A DNA stretch of 63,512 nt, filler included, from Choristocarpus tenellus KU-1152 (Eukaryota > Protista > Phaeophyceae): assembly GCA_964200185.2 (NCBI GenBank). It is 10 parts of 10 records of this genome, joined end to end, with 100 filler letters (N's around TTAATTAATTAA, not from the genome) between each part and the next. Parts side by side here need not be neighbours in the genome. Positions count along the whole stretch, not along the records: positions 1 to 8,588 come from CAXNAD020004560.1; positions 8,689 to 14,002 come from CAXNAD020011185.1; 8 more parts are not named here. One strand, 5' to 3'. The notes below the pieces were generated by a model. It was given only the letters and a program-made list of their open reading frames with translations, was not told the origin of the DNA and ran no database searches. Shown here in pieces: positions 1-12,095 of the stretch. Numbering within the stretch: position 1 is the first letter of the stretch; the number at the start of each line of letters is the position of its first letter. A program made the position numbers and the translations under genes.

Positions 1-68
1 GGCGCCGCAGCACCCGCCACCAAACCAAACAGGAAGAAAAAAAGGGGGGGAGGGAAAGGAGGGCCGGG

Positions 69-70
69 GG

Positions 71-115
<45 letters not shown>

Positions 116-120
116 GGGGG
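69..120. repeat. Poly-G tract
   Basis: About 50 nearly pure G residues. Confidence 0.9.
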
Positions 121-138
121 GCACATTACATTACATAC

Positions 139-3100
139 CGCCTGCCTCCCGATCATACTATGTCCTGTTCGGCGACTGCCAAGTATCAGAGCTGTAGAAA
201 TTACAGGAGTTCATGAGGTGTAGAGGAACAGAATGGCTCCATGGCGTCATGAGGGCCAACGATAAGTGGTAGTGCAGTATCACATTCAGAAACACGCCTG
301 ACAGCATCAGAACCCGTGCCCTTCACGGTCATTTGTGAAAATCGCCTTTGTCAACTCCATAAAAAAAGGATAAATATATATATATATTGTTCCTTAGGGG
401 AGGTTTCCTTTTTTCCATTTTTTTTTCTTTCATTTTTTGGACTTCAGAGTCATGACTCCCATACAAAGAGATACATCTGCAACGTTTTTCGGAGTATGAT
501 ATCGTACTACAAACTTAGGAACAAAACCCAGATTCAACCAAGGGGGACATTAATGAAAAGGCCTAAGGCTCTCTTAACAGCGTGAGCAACAAGAGTAGCA
601 GCAATTCTGTAACCCTCCTGGCCCTGTCTGTCCCCCCAGTTAGCAAGATGTGTCTGAGACTGGATGTGGAAGGTGTGAGGATCTTCAGGATAGAATGGTT
701 CTATCTTTGACGATAGACATTAACGCAACCAAACGGAACTCCCCTTTATTTTATTTTTTTGAACAGCAGAACAATGCTGTCACTTCTGAGGACACTCATA
801 GCGCTTCCCTCCAACCATCAGACAAAGGGTTGGTTCAAATCGATTTGAAAATGATTGAAAATGAATAACCTCATTCTTTTCACAGAGTAAGAGTGGTATG
901 AGATGGCTATGTCGCCTCTTCGCCACAAACCCTGAAAAAAACATTAAAACATTAAAATATTAAAAATTAATAATTAAAAAGAAAAGAAAAATTGGGCTGA
1001 AAAGTGTATCAACACAGCAGTTATAGTGCAACTCTTACGTACAGTCGTTGCATGCGGCAATGCCATATTGGGGGAGCTCCGACAGCGAGTCGTATCCCAT
1101 CACAGTGGGTGTCGTGTACCATCAATGCAGAGGAGGATATAACGAGAACGTGGCAAGAAGAAGAAAAATAAGAAAAATAAGAAAAATGCCCACAATGCCA
1201 GAAAAATGACTTCATTCAATTCACCTGGTGGGAGTGCGGACCGAGGCGGTTATATATTTTTTTCAACTTCCCCCCAAAAAAGGAGTGAAGAAAAAAGGGG
1301 CCCCAGAGCGGAGGAGGTCCTTTTTTTTTTGGTTCCTCTTACCATGCGTGGAAACAGGAAGATCCGAAGCAGGTACAGTGACAAAGTGAGGCGGGGGGGA
1401 AGTTAAGGCTAGGTTGAGGAGCCCTGACCTGAAGTCTTTGCTGGCTTTCGATATACCTGGGTACCACAACCCACTTGATCGACCAGGGATGGAGACTGCG
1501 GCATTCCTGTCTTCTTCATGAGGCGAATTTGATCTGACAGGGAGTGTATGCCGGCATCGACAGTAATTTTGGTACATTGGATGTTGGATAGAAGGGGTGA
1601 GGGAGGGGAGGGAGGGGGTGAAAATATGCTCACTACTATCAAGCTTTTTGTGACGTACCTACTATGTACATGCACACTAAACATACACTTTTAAAATCAG
1701 GGCTATACACCACGCCACCAGTTAGCCCGGCAAAGTACTTAAGTATCGCATTATATGAAAGCCGCCCCCAGGCTCCTTTGAATAAGAGGGTGCAATGATC
1801 CAACAGATTGAGGGATGAAAAAAAAAAAATCTGAAAAAAGAGAAAAACTTACGGCGTAACATATTGTACACCCTACTTCCTACTTCCTACTTCCTACACT
1901 CCATAGCATCGAACATGGAATGATATCTGTTGACAGATGATACTTAATATGATAGTACTGAACCATAAAAAAATTACGTACATTTGATAAACATACAACG
2001 GGACCCGGCCTGGTCCTTTCAAAATAAAAAACCCTTGCCCAAGTTGGCCCGCAGCCAATTCCTAAGAAAATTCCTACAGCCCTGGTCCGGCCCATTAAAC
2101 TTGTACAGGATATCTAACCAATGTCTATCCTGATAACTTGGTTGTAAGAGGGACTTAAACAGAGGCAGGAGGTTGGTGTAAACCCATACCCGAGCAGGTC
2201 AGATACCTTGTTTTGTGTCTCTAGTTCTCAGCAACAAAGCCAATTCTGGCTTATTCATCCCCTGTGAATCTGTACCTCTCCCAGGACAGGAACTACGCGA
2301 GGTACAGATGTAGCTTAGTGCTACTAGAATATCTAAATGGTTAAAAAAACATTCTTACCAAGCCGGCCCACGGTCAGGCCCCATCACAGCTACCCAGTCC
2401 AGAGTAGAGCCCTGTAAAAACAGCGTTGTACAGAGTTAGGCAGACGTTCCAGCTCCAACTGGTGGATTGACGATTCAGAACAGAACGGAGCAGCCAATTC
2501 TATTCTATTTCTATTCTATTCAAAAGTAATCTCAGAAGCGCAACACTTGCCACAACCCCCGACAACTACTGCCCAACAAAAAGAGCTGTACTGGAGGAGG
2601 GATTGTACAATCACCTCGAAGAAAAGAGGGGTACGCCTCATGCAATCTGATGCAATCCACCTCAAATACTTCAAACGAACAAATGCCGCCGGTGCCGAAA
2701 TATCGTCTCCCTCGAATGACAGTGAGGACTACAGTTACTTCCGTAGTGCTTGGTGAAAAGCTCCTCCAAGTTACAGTATCCACGGATCGATCTCCTAGGA
2801 AGCGCACACACGCCATCGCGCATTACATCAACTCCCACCGACTGCGGCGATATGTTGCCCGGGGAGACTCACAATGCCTGAGCGCATGTTTCCATGTACT
2901 GCATACTTGGCCACACCACACTCATTGAGTCCAGGCGATGCGCTTCCTCCTCCTTCCCCCAGTCCTCCGAATCCGGCATGTAGCTCATCATCAGGAGCTT
3001 CCGAGGTGCAGAACGGGAGGTTTTGGGAAGGGGGAGGGGGGAGGTTCATGCTTCCTACACCGAAGGTCCTACACAGAAGGTCCTACACAGAAGGTTCGAT

Positions 3101-3533
3101 ACAGAAGGAAGAATAATTAAAAAGTTAGGGTCGAGCGTACGTAGGGTTAGGGTTAGGGTTTTAGGGCAAAACAGAGAGGAATATCTCAGTCATCAATCAC
3201 GTGCAATCTCCAGGGGGAGGGGGGAGGATGAAAATGTGACAAAAGGGATTGGGTCGCGCACCAACACCACTTCAATCAGATGGAGTCGCACGGGTGGTGC
3301 ACAAGGAAGAAATGGCAAGGGGATGCAAGCCAGCAACCGCATGAAAATATGTTCCTGCAACACACAACACACAACACAACATTCTTGTTTTGTTTTTTTC
3401 TCTTCCACTACTACGGTGAGACCACGGTGGTGCTGAGGGGGCAGGGGGTTTCCTCCATAGCGGAGGGTGTGCACAGCAGTCAAGTGTACAAGGAGCGGTT
3501 TCATCTCCCATTGCTTCGAATTTCTTCTGCCAC
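139..3533 (-). CDS. Possible exons of an unidentified gene or pseudogene (SGNH-like tail?)
   Basis: Splice-flanked open segments near 3533-3440, 1535-1460, 1130-1040, 700-565 (PFYPEDPHTFHIQSQTHLANWGDRQGQEGYRIAATLVAHAVKRAL) and 297-139. Phases are unresolved and some frames contain stops. Confidence 0.2.
1698..2414. mobile_element. Non-autonomous hAT-like element
   Basis: Terminal inverted repeats CAGGGCTATAC ... GTAGAGCCCTG and internal CCGGCC motifs (~2005, 2087, 2364). No clean 8-bp TSD. Confidence 0.45.
3054..3108. repeat. 15-bp tandem repeat, about 3.5 copies
   Basis: cctacaccgaaggt cctacacagaaggt cctacacagaaggt tcgatacagaagg; unit about 14-15 bp. Confidence 0.75.
3124..3167. repeat. 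Interstitial telomere-like (TTAGGG)n
   Basis: gttagggtc...gtagggttagggttagggttttaggg. Confidence 0.6.
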
Positions 3534-3763
3534 CTGAAAGGGGCTAAAGTACCAGCACAAGAAGAGTGAGATGCGGCACTATCAATGAACCACTGGTAAA
3601 AAAAATCCACCCCAAACCACACCATCATTCAGTATCCATCCCCACCCTGTCCCAGTCCCTTAATAGCCGCCTGTGAGTTCTCCCTTAGCACTAATCCTGG
3701 TCAAAAGCAATAACCCTAACCTACGTTCCAGTACCCTTCTCAAGGCGTGCAAACGCACCTCAC

Positions 3764-6700
3764 CTCCATAAACAATGCGTCCACACCCATCCCAATGCTG
3801 GTTGGCTGCAAAAGCACCCTATCAAGTCTCCCCAGGGGCCCCGCCTCCCCCTTCCGTCGCTCCAACACCAGCTTTAGCCGCAGTTGCCCATATCTCGTCG
3901 GCACGGCCTCCGCACTTTCCCCATTTCCCATACCATCATCAGCCATTGTCAGGTCTTGCCTGTGGAAATATTGGGTGGGATTTCCCATGAGGCGGAGGTA
4001 TACTCGGTGCTTAAGAAACTGCCAAATGTTCTTAAAAGTCAAGAGCTTCCACTCTGCAGCTCAACGATGGCGTAAGCGCAGTGCCGCAATTTGTTCCGCC
4101 GTCTCAAAACCACTTTTAGAAGCATCTAGTCGGGTCAGAGAGGGAGAGGCGGCTAGATGTATTATTATTATTATTATCATTATTCGCTTATGCCAAGCTA
4201 CCCCCGCGATGTATTCTTCTCCCCTCTCCACCCACAATAGCAATCAGAACTACTAGCTCTTATCTCCAATGATTGCGCTTCCCAGTACACGCATGGACAA
4301 CTCTCCCATACATGGTAAATCAACGCCATGGGAAAAAAAAGCAGAACCCAGTGATTGCAAAAAAAAAAGTCGTGACCAGGATATTTAAGAGCTGAGCCCT
4401 TCCTGGTCAGCCATCAGATCNNNNNNNNNNCTCACATACATGGTAAATCAACGCCATAGGAAAAAAAAGCAGAACCCAAAGATTAAAAAAAAAAAAAGTC
4501 GTGACCAGGATATTTAAGAGCTGAGCCCTTCCTGGTCAGCCATCTAAGAGCAGTCAGTAAATAAAGACTCGTGTGGCCCCTGAGTCCTCCTCTTACTTGG
4601 TAGGAACTGTGGGGATGAGGTCAACGCAAGCCCCGGTGAAATCAACTGCGTCCAGCAAAGAGTCAATGCCGAGCTTCTCCTTCAGCCATACCCCTGGTGT
4701 ACTGCCAATATTGAAGAGATAGGGTTAGGGTAGAAGGGGGACAAAAGGTTCAGGAAGGCCTTCAGTACTTATGGGAGAGGAGCGAGGCGATATAGGGGGT
4801 ATAGCTTGCATGGGCTAGGGGTACATACATGTAAACCACACTACAGCAGCAAATCAAAGATAGAATGAACCAACATGCAAACACTGCCAACACTGCATTA
4901 CTCTGCAATGCCACGAGCACGCGACAAACATCTCAGCGGTTGACAGGGGAGTCAGTTACATGGGCTAGTCAGACAAATATCCAACTTAGTTACCAAGGGA
5001 CGATAAGATGGGTTGATTGGGAAGGGGGTGGGCGGCATGCACCATTCTGCTTATCAGCATTACTATTGCAGGCCTCAAGGAATAGCAAGTCAGCAGCCTC
5101 ACAAAGGAGTCAAAAGCAGTCAAGCGGCCTAGCAACCTCTTGACCCTCACTTGCGAAGGATTCTAGTTGCAACTTTAGGATCCACTGATGCCCCTGAAGC
5201 TCTCTGGGTCAGGAGTTTTCCCTCTTGCTGCAAAAAATCTTCTAGGGTGCTGAGGGCAATGATGCAGGGGACCAGGCAAAAGAGCGACAGAGACGAGAAG
5301 GTGAGTAACCATAGTGGAGAGGAGGGGAGACAGATCGGCTGGGTACAAATGGATTAGAGGAGGCTGGGAGAGAGTGGCGCCAACAGAGCCTGGCAATCAC
5401 CAACTGCAGCATATTGGTGGTTAGGGTAGTGAACAAACAAAAACATATCTACAAAAGAATTACAATACAGGTTCAGCAAATACATAATACATATATATAT
5501 ATCTGAATGATAGACATAGACAGAACCATTTTGTGCTTGTGACTGCTTCTGCTGTTAGAATTTTCTTGACGTCTCGCCTCTTGCAAAAAGAAACTTTTAA
5601 CAGCAGAAGAACAAGTTCAATCATTGATCCTCAGGCCGTTGAAGTCAAGCCTCTATTTCGGTTCATGTAGACTCAAAGTAGTTCATTGAAGTTCACCCCG
5701 TGAGCTACACATCACCCTGCACTGTGCCATGACTCTCAGTGGCAAGCTTCTGAGTCTTTATGCTTCACGAGTCACACACCTGCCAAAGTCTCCAGCCCAC
5801 ACAAATTCCTCATGCCTCAATGTCTCTTTCCCCGCATCCTCCTTGTTTACATCTTCTGTCACCTGCCTACATTCACTACTGAGGCTAGAATTCCTAGTCT
5901 GGGGTGGGAACAGCTGGCACCTGTTGGAGAGAGTGAATTGACGTCCTCAATCAATAAGCCCAGTAGTTCATCCCCTGCTGCCCAAGCACTGCTACTATTA
6001 AAAGCTGCTAAATCAAGCGTATCTCGAGTGTTCCAAACAAGGATCACACCCAAGGTGCTCCAGCCATTGCCATCAGTGAATGTTGTTGGCATATGGTGCT
6101 AAGGGAGGGAACTGTTTATCATACCAGGCAGGGATGGAGAGCACCGACCAGTCAGCAGTGCCCTGAACTCGTGTATCAAAATATGCTTTTTACATCCACA
6201 TGACACACACACAGATCCACCAAAACCATATCTCCCTACGATAACACTGCCGTACAAGTAGCAATTCAATCAAACAGAAACAGGATAATACCAATGATAC
6301 TAATACTGGGGAAAGACAATAATCTTCTGCACTTGTTACAATGTCGTTACCGTTAAAATGAACAGGAAATGTTTAGGTGGGTCCGTGGGCAATGAACTAG
6401 ACTGCCTCAGCACCCAAATGTCCCATCACAGCTCACCATGTGGCATCAACAGCAACATTTGTGCCAAGGTTTCCTGTGCTCACATAGACCACCAAGGAGC
6501 CATCCAAGAGAAATATCAGCCCAAACTTGGGATGGTGCACCCCACGCCGACCTGTAAGAACCTATACCAACAGAAGCAAGACCAGGAAGGGAATAGGGTG
6601 ACCCAAATCAGCATGAAGTCAGCTTAGTCTTGCACCTGAGAGGTATGGAGTGTTTGATGCATTCATATACTTTGTTTCAGTACTACAAAAAAAAATCCTC

Positions 6701-7710
6701 TGCACCTCTCATTGCACACGGAGGGTTTGCTGCAGCCTTAGGCCTTCCAACGGAGTTTCTGAAAATCGCACAAATGTCACAGCAATATCCTCTATGATCC
6801 CATGTAACTACAAAAAGTCAAAGCAGTGGCGTAACACTTCACCTTTTCTACCTGGACTGTTGCTGGTATTGTCACAGACCACCCACAGGCCCTGTCACCC
6901 ATCCCTGATTTCTCCAACCTTTCGCGTTGCTCTAAATGATTAGTCTGCTGTAGCCCTTTCTTGCTGAGGACATAGCTATCCCCCTGAGACTCCTTTCTGA
7001 TACTTCTGCCTACCTGCCCTTTCTCAGGGTCACACCAGTTTTCCTCATTCGTACTTTCCAGGCAGAAAGTACCCATTGTCTCAGCCTCAACATTTGGCTG
7101 CACCTCTTGACCCCAGTTTTCTCTCACTGCACAATCCCCCCCTTCTGTCACTGCCTGAACAGGCATTTGTGTAGGGCGAGGCGGCAGCTGTGCACCTTTC
7201 CCTTTACGACCGCACCTCGACAGAGTCATGTCTCCATGAAGGATGAGGACATCAATGTTGTGGTTGTTCCGTGAGAAAATTTCCGGGAGATCTGTGATCA
7301 ATGTCCTGTGTCACCACGTTCCGGAACACGATGGTGATGACCACGTCAGGATTGTTGCGTAACATGTAGAATATTAAGCCTGCAATTGCACAATATCTAT
7401 GATTAAGGTCAGCGTGAGACAGAGGAGAAAAACGCTGAAAGTATGCTAGCAGTTTGGAAGATGGGCACTCTCTAAAAACCTGATGCCCAGGGAGTAAGTG
7501 CCAAAAAGCGCCGCCTTGATCCCAGGCCATCCATCCCCCTCATTCACGAGCCGAACAAGTTTCTGCAGCGAGAAGTAAGGTCGACCATCCGACCTCTCCA
7601 TACCCGTCGCAGAGATAGCGTTCACGTAAAACTGGTTCGGATCCCACGGTAGGGATGGGATATCGCACCGTTCTGTCACTTCGAAAGACCTTTTGCGCTT
7701 TCCGAAAGAC
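3764..7710 (-). CDS. TDP1: Tyrosyl-DNA phosphodiesterase 1-like (PLD superfamily), partial, possibly a pseudogene
   Basis: Phase-consistent GT-AG exons 7710-7480, 7305-~7014, 6561-6437, 5920-5780, 5249-5151, 4701-4597, 4543-4506 and 4125-3764. They give KRKR, AALFGTYSLG, VLILHGD, the catalytic GVHHPKFGLIFLLDGSLVVYVSTGNL (HxK..N), WCQLFP, DFGSTLEDFL, VDFTGACVDLIPTVP, YGQLRLKLVL and VLLQPTSIG, in TDP1 order. There is an in-frame TGA at 4063-4061. The start codon and second HKN motif were not found. Confidence 0.75.
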
Positions 7711-8258
7711 CTGGATTAAAAGGAGAGTATTAGCCTGATTTCGACGAAATAGAGTTTCTTTGATCCACTAGAGTACGCCCAACCCAACCCTCGAATCAAT
7801 GGACTTTAACAGTTAATCTAAATATACTACTGCAAGGAACAACACCGAAGTGATAGTTATGCAACTGGGGAATTGGAACAGTGAAGTCGTGGGGAAGACA
7901 ACTGAACTTATCAATAATGTGGTACATATATATAGTGGCTATCACTAACAAGTCCTCTTTACGTCACGCTCTCACCTTGGCTTGTACAGTGCTGTCTCAT
8001 CCTCCTCTTCCCTTCCTCGGAAAGGCTCGAGGCCTTCAGGATTATTCAGGCACATGCACAAGAAGGTTACAGAGAGATGATTTTGTTATGATCACAAAAC
8101 AAGTTTGGATATTCAAAATTGAAAATTTACGAGGGAGGAGGCGTTTTATGGGATTTTCTTTTGGTTTGTTGGTGTTTGTTTGAAAAATATCCGTCTTTGG
8201 AATGGATTACAATGGTTTGCCAAAGGATTTTTGACGAATTGGACAGACCCCGAATGTG

Positions 8259-8311
8259 CCTAACCCTATCCCTCACCCTAAACCCTAAATAAACCCTAAC
8301 TTAACTCTAAC
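8259..8311. repeat. Degenerate telomere-like (CCCTAA)n
   Basis: cctaaccctatccctcaccctaaaccctaaataaaccctaacttaactctaac. Confidence 0.55.
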
Positions 8312-8588
8312 TATTAAAATCAGCACCCTACCCTATCCGATTCATCAGAAAAGCTCTCGCCAAAATCTAATCCACTCCGATTTAAGAAATTTCACCATAT
8401 TCTGTTGATTGATTGATGATGTTGGTGATTACTTGTATTTTGCTACCATTTCCTGGAGGAAGACAGGCATGGTCGGGTAATATAAAGGACTGCCTCGTGG
8501 TTCTTCTGTAGTAGTGTTAGGGGCTGCAGAACCAGGCCTTGAACAGTGTCTCACCAAAATTGAGGATGGAGCATACTATGGAGGATGG

Positions 8589-8688
8589 NNNNNNNNNNNN
8601 NNNNNNNNNNNNNNNNNNNNNNNNNNNNNNNNTTAATTAATTAANNNNNNNNNNNNNNNNNNNNNNNNNNNNNNNNNNNNNNNNNNNN
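8589..8688. other. Artificial contig linker (N-TTAATTAATTAA-N)
   Basis: 100-nt N block with a central six-frame stop. Identical blocks lie at 14003-14102, 17583-17682, 21031-21130, 25449-25548, 37331-37430, 50871-50970, 53482-53581 and 60576-60675. Confidence 0.95.
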
Positions 8689-11535
8689 CCACCCCCCCCT
8701 CCCAGTTACTTTGGGTCAGATCTAGATTTGATGCAGATGAACTCTGAAATCCCATGCGCTGGAAAGATGCTCACATAGGTATGGCGATCAGTAGAATGAT
8801 TTTCGCGTACATTTGTTCTATGCCTTCAGGTATTGGCACCCTCAATGTCTTGGACAATCGAACCCAATCGACTTTGGTAATGACAATTCTCTGTCTCACT
8901 TGTGTATGACATGTACTGTGACTGACCTTGCCTGAAGATGAAAGTAAGAACCTTCAAGGTCAGGCAATCAATCCTATCGCTTGGCTGATAAACACTAGTT
9001 TGCCTGTTACCTGAATCTTTTTCGTCGGCAATTTGATTAAACTACCGGAGAGGAATGGATGGCAGGCAGTTACATAAGGTACGATAGTGCGTTCTGTACT
9101 GGTGGCAGATGCCGAAGACATTATTTACAGTCAAAATCTGCACTTTCTTAAGAAGAGCAACCACTTCGTGCAGAAGGCGCAGATTGGCGGATCAACCGGC
9201 CTTTTTCTCTCTTTTGACAGTGACTGTGCACCCCCACTTGTATGATAAGACACTCAGGGCATGGTACTGGATTTTCTTCGAGTGGTAGAGCACAAATCTG
9301 GGAGTAATATGTGAAGGACGGATTAAAACGAAAAGTGCACATACAGTTATTTCACACTACTTGCACATACTTGACACAGCAGTAACATCATATATTAACA
9401 TTGAAGGGAGATACACCAAAAAGGAATGTACGCGGATGCGCAGACATGACTTTGCTGATAGTAGAAGAGTACGATATACGCAGACCTTTAACGCAACAAG
9501 TTTGATTGGTGATCGTCGGGTGAAAGACTGGTAGGTGATGGTAGGGTAAAAAAAGTGGAACTAAACAATGATCGGAAGTATATTATATGGGTACAATATA
9601 TGTAGGTTAGTACAAATCTATGCACTGCTGAGTGTTACAGAGTATATTGGGATGTCTTTTATGTTGTGTCACTTTCCCCTATCATACCTATCATAATTTG
9701 AAACGTTGGGGGAAACGTTTTGCTTAAATGAATTGAGAATGTAACACAAAGACCTCAACATATTCACAAATAGAATAATAAAAATATGTACCGTTTCAGG
9801 TCTTCGCAGGGTACACAAGAGGGTGAAAATTTGGTGGTAGAGGTAGCGCTAGGACTTGGCATCTCGACAGTTATTGGGCACTCTCTTCATTCCACGCCTT
9901 AAACCCGCATATTGCCGAGTCAACAATACGGTGACGAAAACGGGTGCGATGCAAAGCAATCGTACGAGTCGCTAAAGCGAAGGACTCCCAGAGCTTGCAA
10001 CTAGTAACTTCTTTGTCGCCACACCACGGGACGAGCGGTCTGGCGCTCTTCCTGGATCTCCAACCAGATGGGGGTTTACACCCGTAGCTCATAATCCTGT
10101 GTATATTATACATATTTGACTCCGTGATCGTTGGGGATGAGGGACGAGAACAATATGCCAAACTACTCAACATTTACAAGAGACGAAACTACAGGTGCAA
10201 ATATTCTTGTAATATCGCCATGGCAGAAAATGAAGTAGGTGATATATTTGGAATCTGGGGAGAGCAACGTAAGGGATGAGCTTTCTAGCCCTGGCTCTAG
10301 TTTGCCAATCCATATAACAACAATTTTCCATAGAAGATAAGCACGAGGAGGACCAATCAACGATGTTTGGATTTTTGTTCATCCTCCAGTACATCAATTG
10401 GCGTCTGGTATTGCTTGATGGCTAAATAATTCAAGAGCATGGGCCGATTTAACTCGCATCTCGATACTCTTACCAGCAACAGGACAGAAGCGCTATGTAT
10501 TCCATTCCAAAATGGTGCGTTGACACGGGCAACAATGATGGTGCATGTGGACCCACCAACACAACAAGGTCCATTGACGCTGCCATACTGTACACTCAAA
10601 AAAGATTATCTACCTGATGAGGTCGGAAGTCAAAGTGGCACATGGAGGATCTCTACAGACCCCATCAACGGGCTTGCCAAGAAAAATGTGGATGTGTACC
10701 CTGAGTGTGAGGTGGACAACACATCAAATGATACAGGGACGAGTGAGTCGTCTTTTTCTGGGGAAGAGGAGGAGTGGCAAGGCTATCTCTTGAATGGGAG
10801 ATTAGTTGGGAAGCTGAACAAAACTCTCATAAGACCGGTGCGAAGTGTGGTATTGCATCCGTTCCATAGAGCCCTGGGTCCGTCTCAATCAAGTGATTTA
10901 CTGAAGAGGTCGATTTCCACTATGCAAAACATGCCACAAAGACGAAGATATTACAACTTATTGTCGGTCAAGTAGATGCACGTCCAAAACGACGGGAAAT
11001 ACTTGAAGCAATTTTAAGTTCAAAAAGAGAATATGTCGGAAGTATATACACTGAATCCACAAGACACTCAAAACATATTTGGTACATGTTAGAACAGTTG
11101 GCTTAGATGAACCCAAGTGAACATAGAAATATCTGACATTCTCATTGTCCAAGTATAAATTTAAATTCTCCTTGTTTAATTGCTCCTGACAAGAACACCT
11201 CCTTTCACCCCCAGCACCTTGAATGTTCCTTGTCCACAGAAAGCAATGCTTCACTGGAGGGACAATCCCAAGCTTCTCTAGACGACGACCAATACTTCAA
11301 TAGAGCTTCAAATATTCTTGCAATGTCCAAGTCAGATGGGTATATTCATGCACTCGAAAGGCATGGAAAAGACAGTCAGATCCTGCCCAGGATATGTAAA
11401 AGGGGGGAAAGGACAGGGATGGGAGCATTGGATCAACACAAGGAGCGACCATCCGGTTTCAAGAGAGTCAAGGTCCCCCCTCAAATTTTTGTGAAGCCTT
11501 TGAAAGGGTGAGAGCTCTCACAGGCAATGGGAGAT

Positions 11536-11798
11536 GAGTGAAAGTATCTTAGAGGGTACGAAATTTGCCCTGTTTGTCCGTTTGGGACTTGGGACTTGGT
11601 TTCCCACGGGTTTTTTATTTCATTTTCATATTCCGAAATGTTTGGGAGTAGGTAAAATGTGTATGTTATGAAAGGGTGTTTTCGGAACAAGGATATTAAC
11701 ACTTCCTAACAAACACAATAGCCAAGATCACATCAAAATCGTAAAATTGGATTTGACCCCAAATGGACGTGGCTCTACCCTCTAAGATACTTTGACAC
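11536..11798 (+). mobile_element. MITE family A
   Basis: TIR GAGTGAAAGTATCTTAGAGGGTA ... TACCCTCTAAGATACTTTGACAC; flanks AGAT/AGGT; homologous to 34614-34862 and 35783-36041. Confidence 0.85.
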
Positions 11799-11911
11799 AG
11801 GTCAGCAACATGAAAAATCCTCTGAAGCCACACAGATATCTTACTGAGATAATGACTAGCAAAGAAATAAAAAGTCTTCTTTTCCAGACTGTATGGTAGA
11901 GGATGTCAGGA

Positions 11912-12095
11912 GGCTCAAAGTATCTGAGGGGGGTGGCGGCTGTCCATTTGGGGTCATTTTTTTCATCTCGCAATATTTGGGTAAGTTGGTTGCATACGTC
12001 GAATGGATAATATAAATGCATATTTCCTGATTTTGGCCCATATGGACACCCTGGTGTAGACCCTAGCCCCCCCCACCCCCCAGATACTTTGGGTC
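11912..12095 (+). mobile_element. MITE family B (poly-G/C subterminal tracts)
   Basis: GGCTCAAAGTATCTGAGGGGGG ... CCCCCCAGATACTTTGGGTC; 4-bp TSD AGGA/AGGA. Confidence 0.85.

Noticed and set aside
3054-3108. Short tandem repeat as a CRISPR-like array
   Set aside because: The units are contiguous with no spacers, there are no cas genes and the context is eukaryotic.
4061-4063. UGA as selenocysteine
   Set aside because: It lies in a non-conserved linker, not at a catalytic Cys position. TDP1 is not a known selenoprotein and no SECIS was identified.
3747-4256. Plus-strand 169-aa ORF and similar antisense ORFs (59518-59862, 16438-16764, 43198-43512)
   Set aside because: They are shadows of real exons on the opposite strand or microsatellite translations.
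4305-4545. About 110-bp direct repeat suggesting exon duplication in the TDP1-like gene
   Set aside because: The copies flank a 10-N gap (4421-4430), which is typical of unmerged overlapping contig ends.
8633-8644. Recurrent palindrome TTAATTAATTAA as a biological motif
   Set aside because: It is always centred in an identical 100-nt N block, so it is a six-frame-stop assembly linker.
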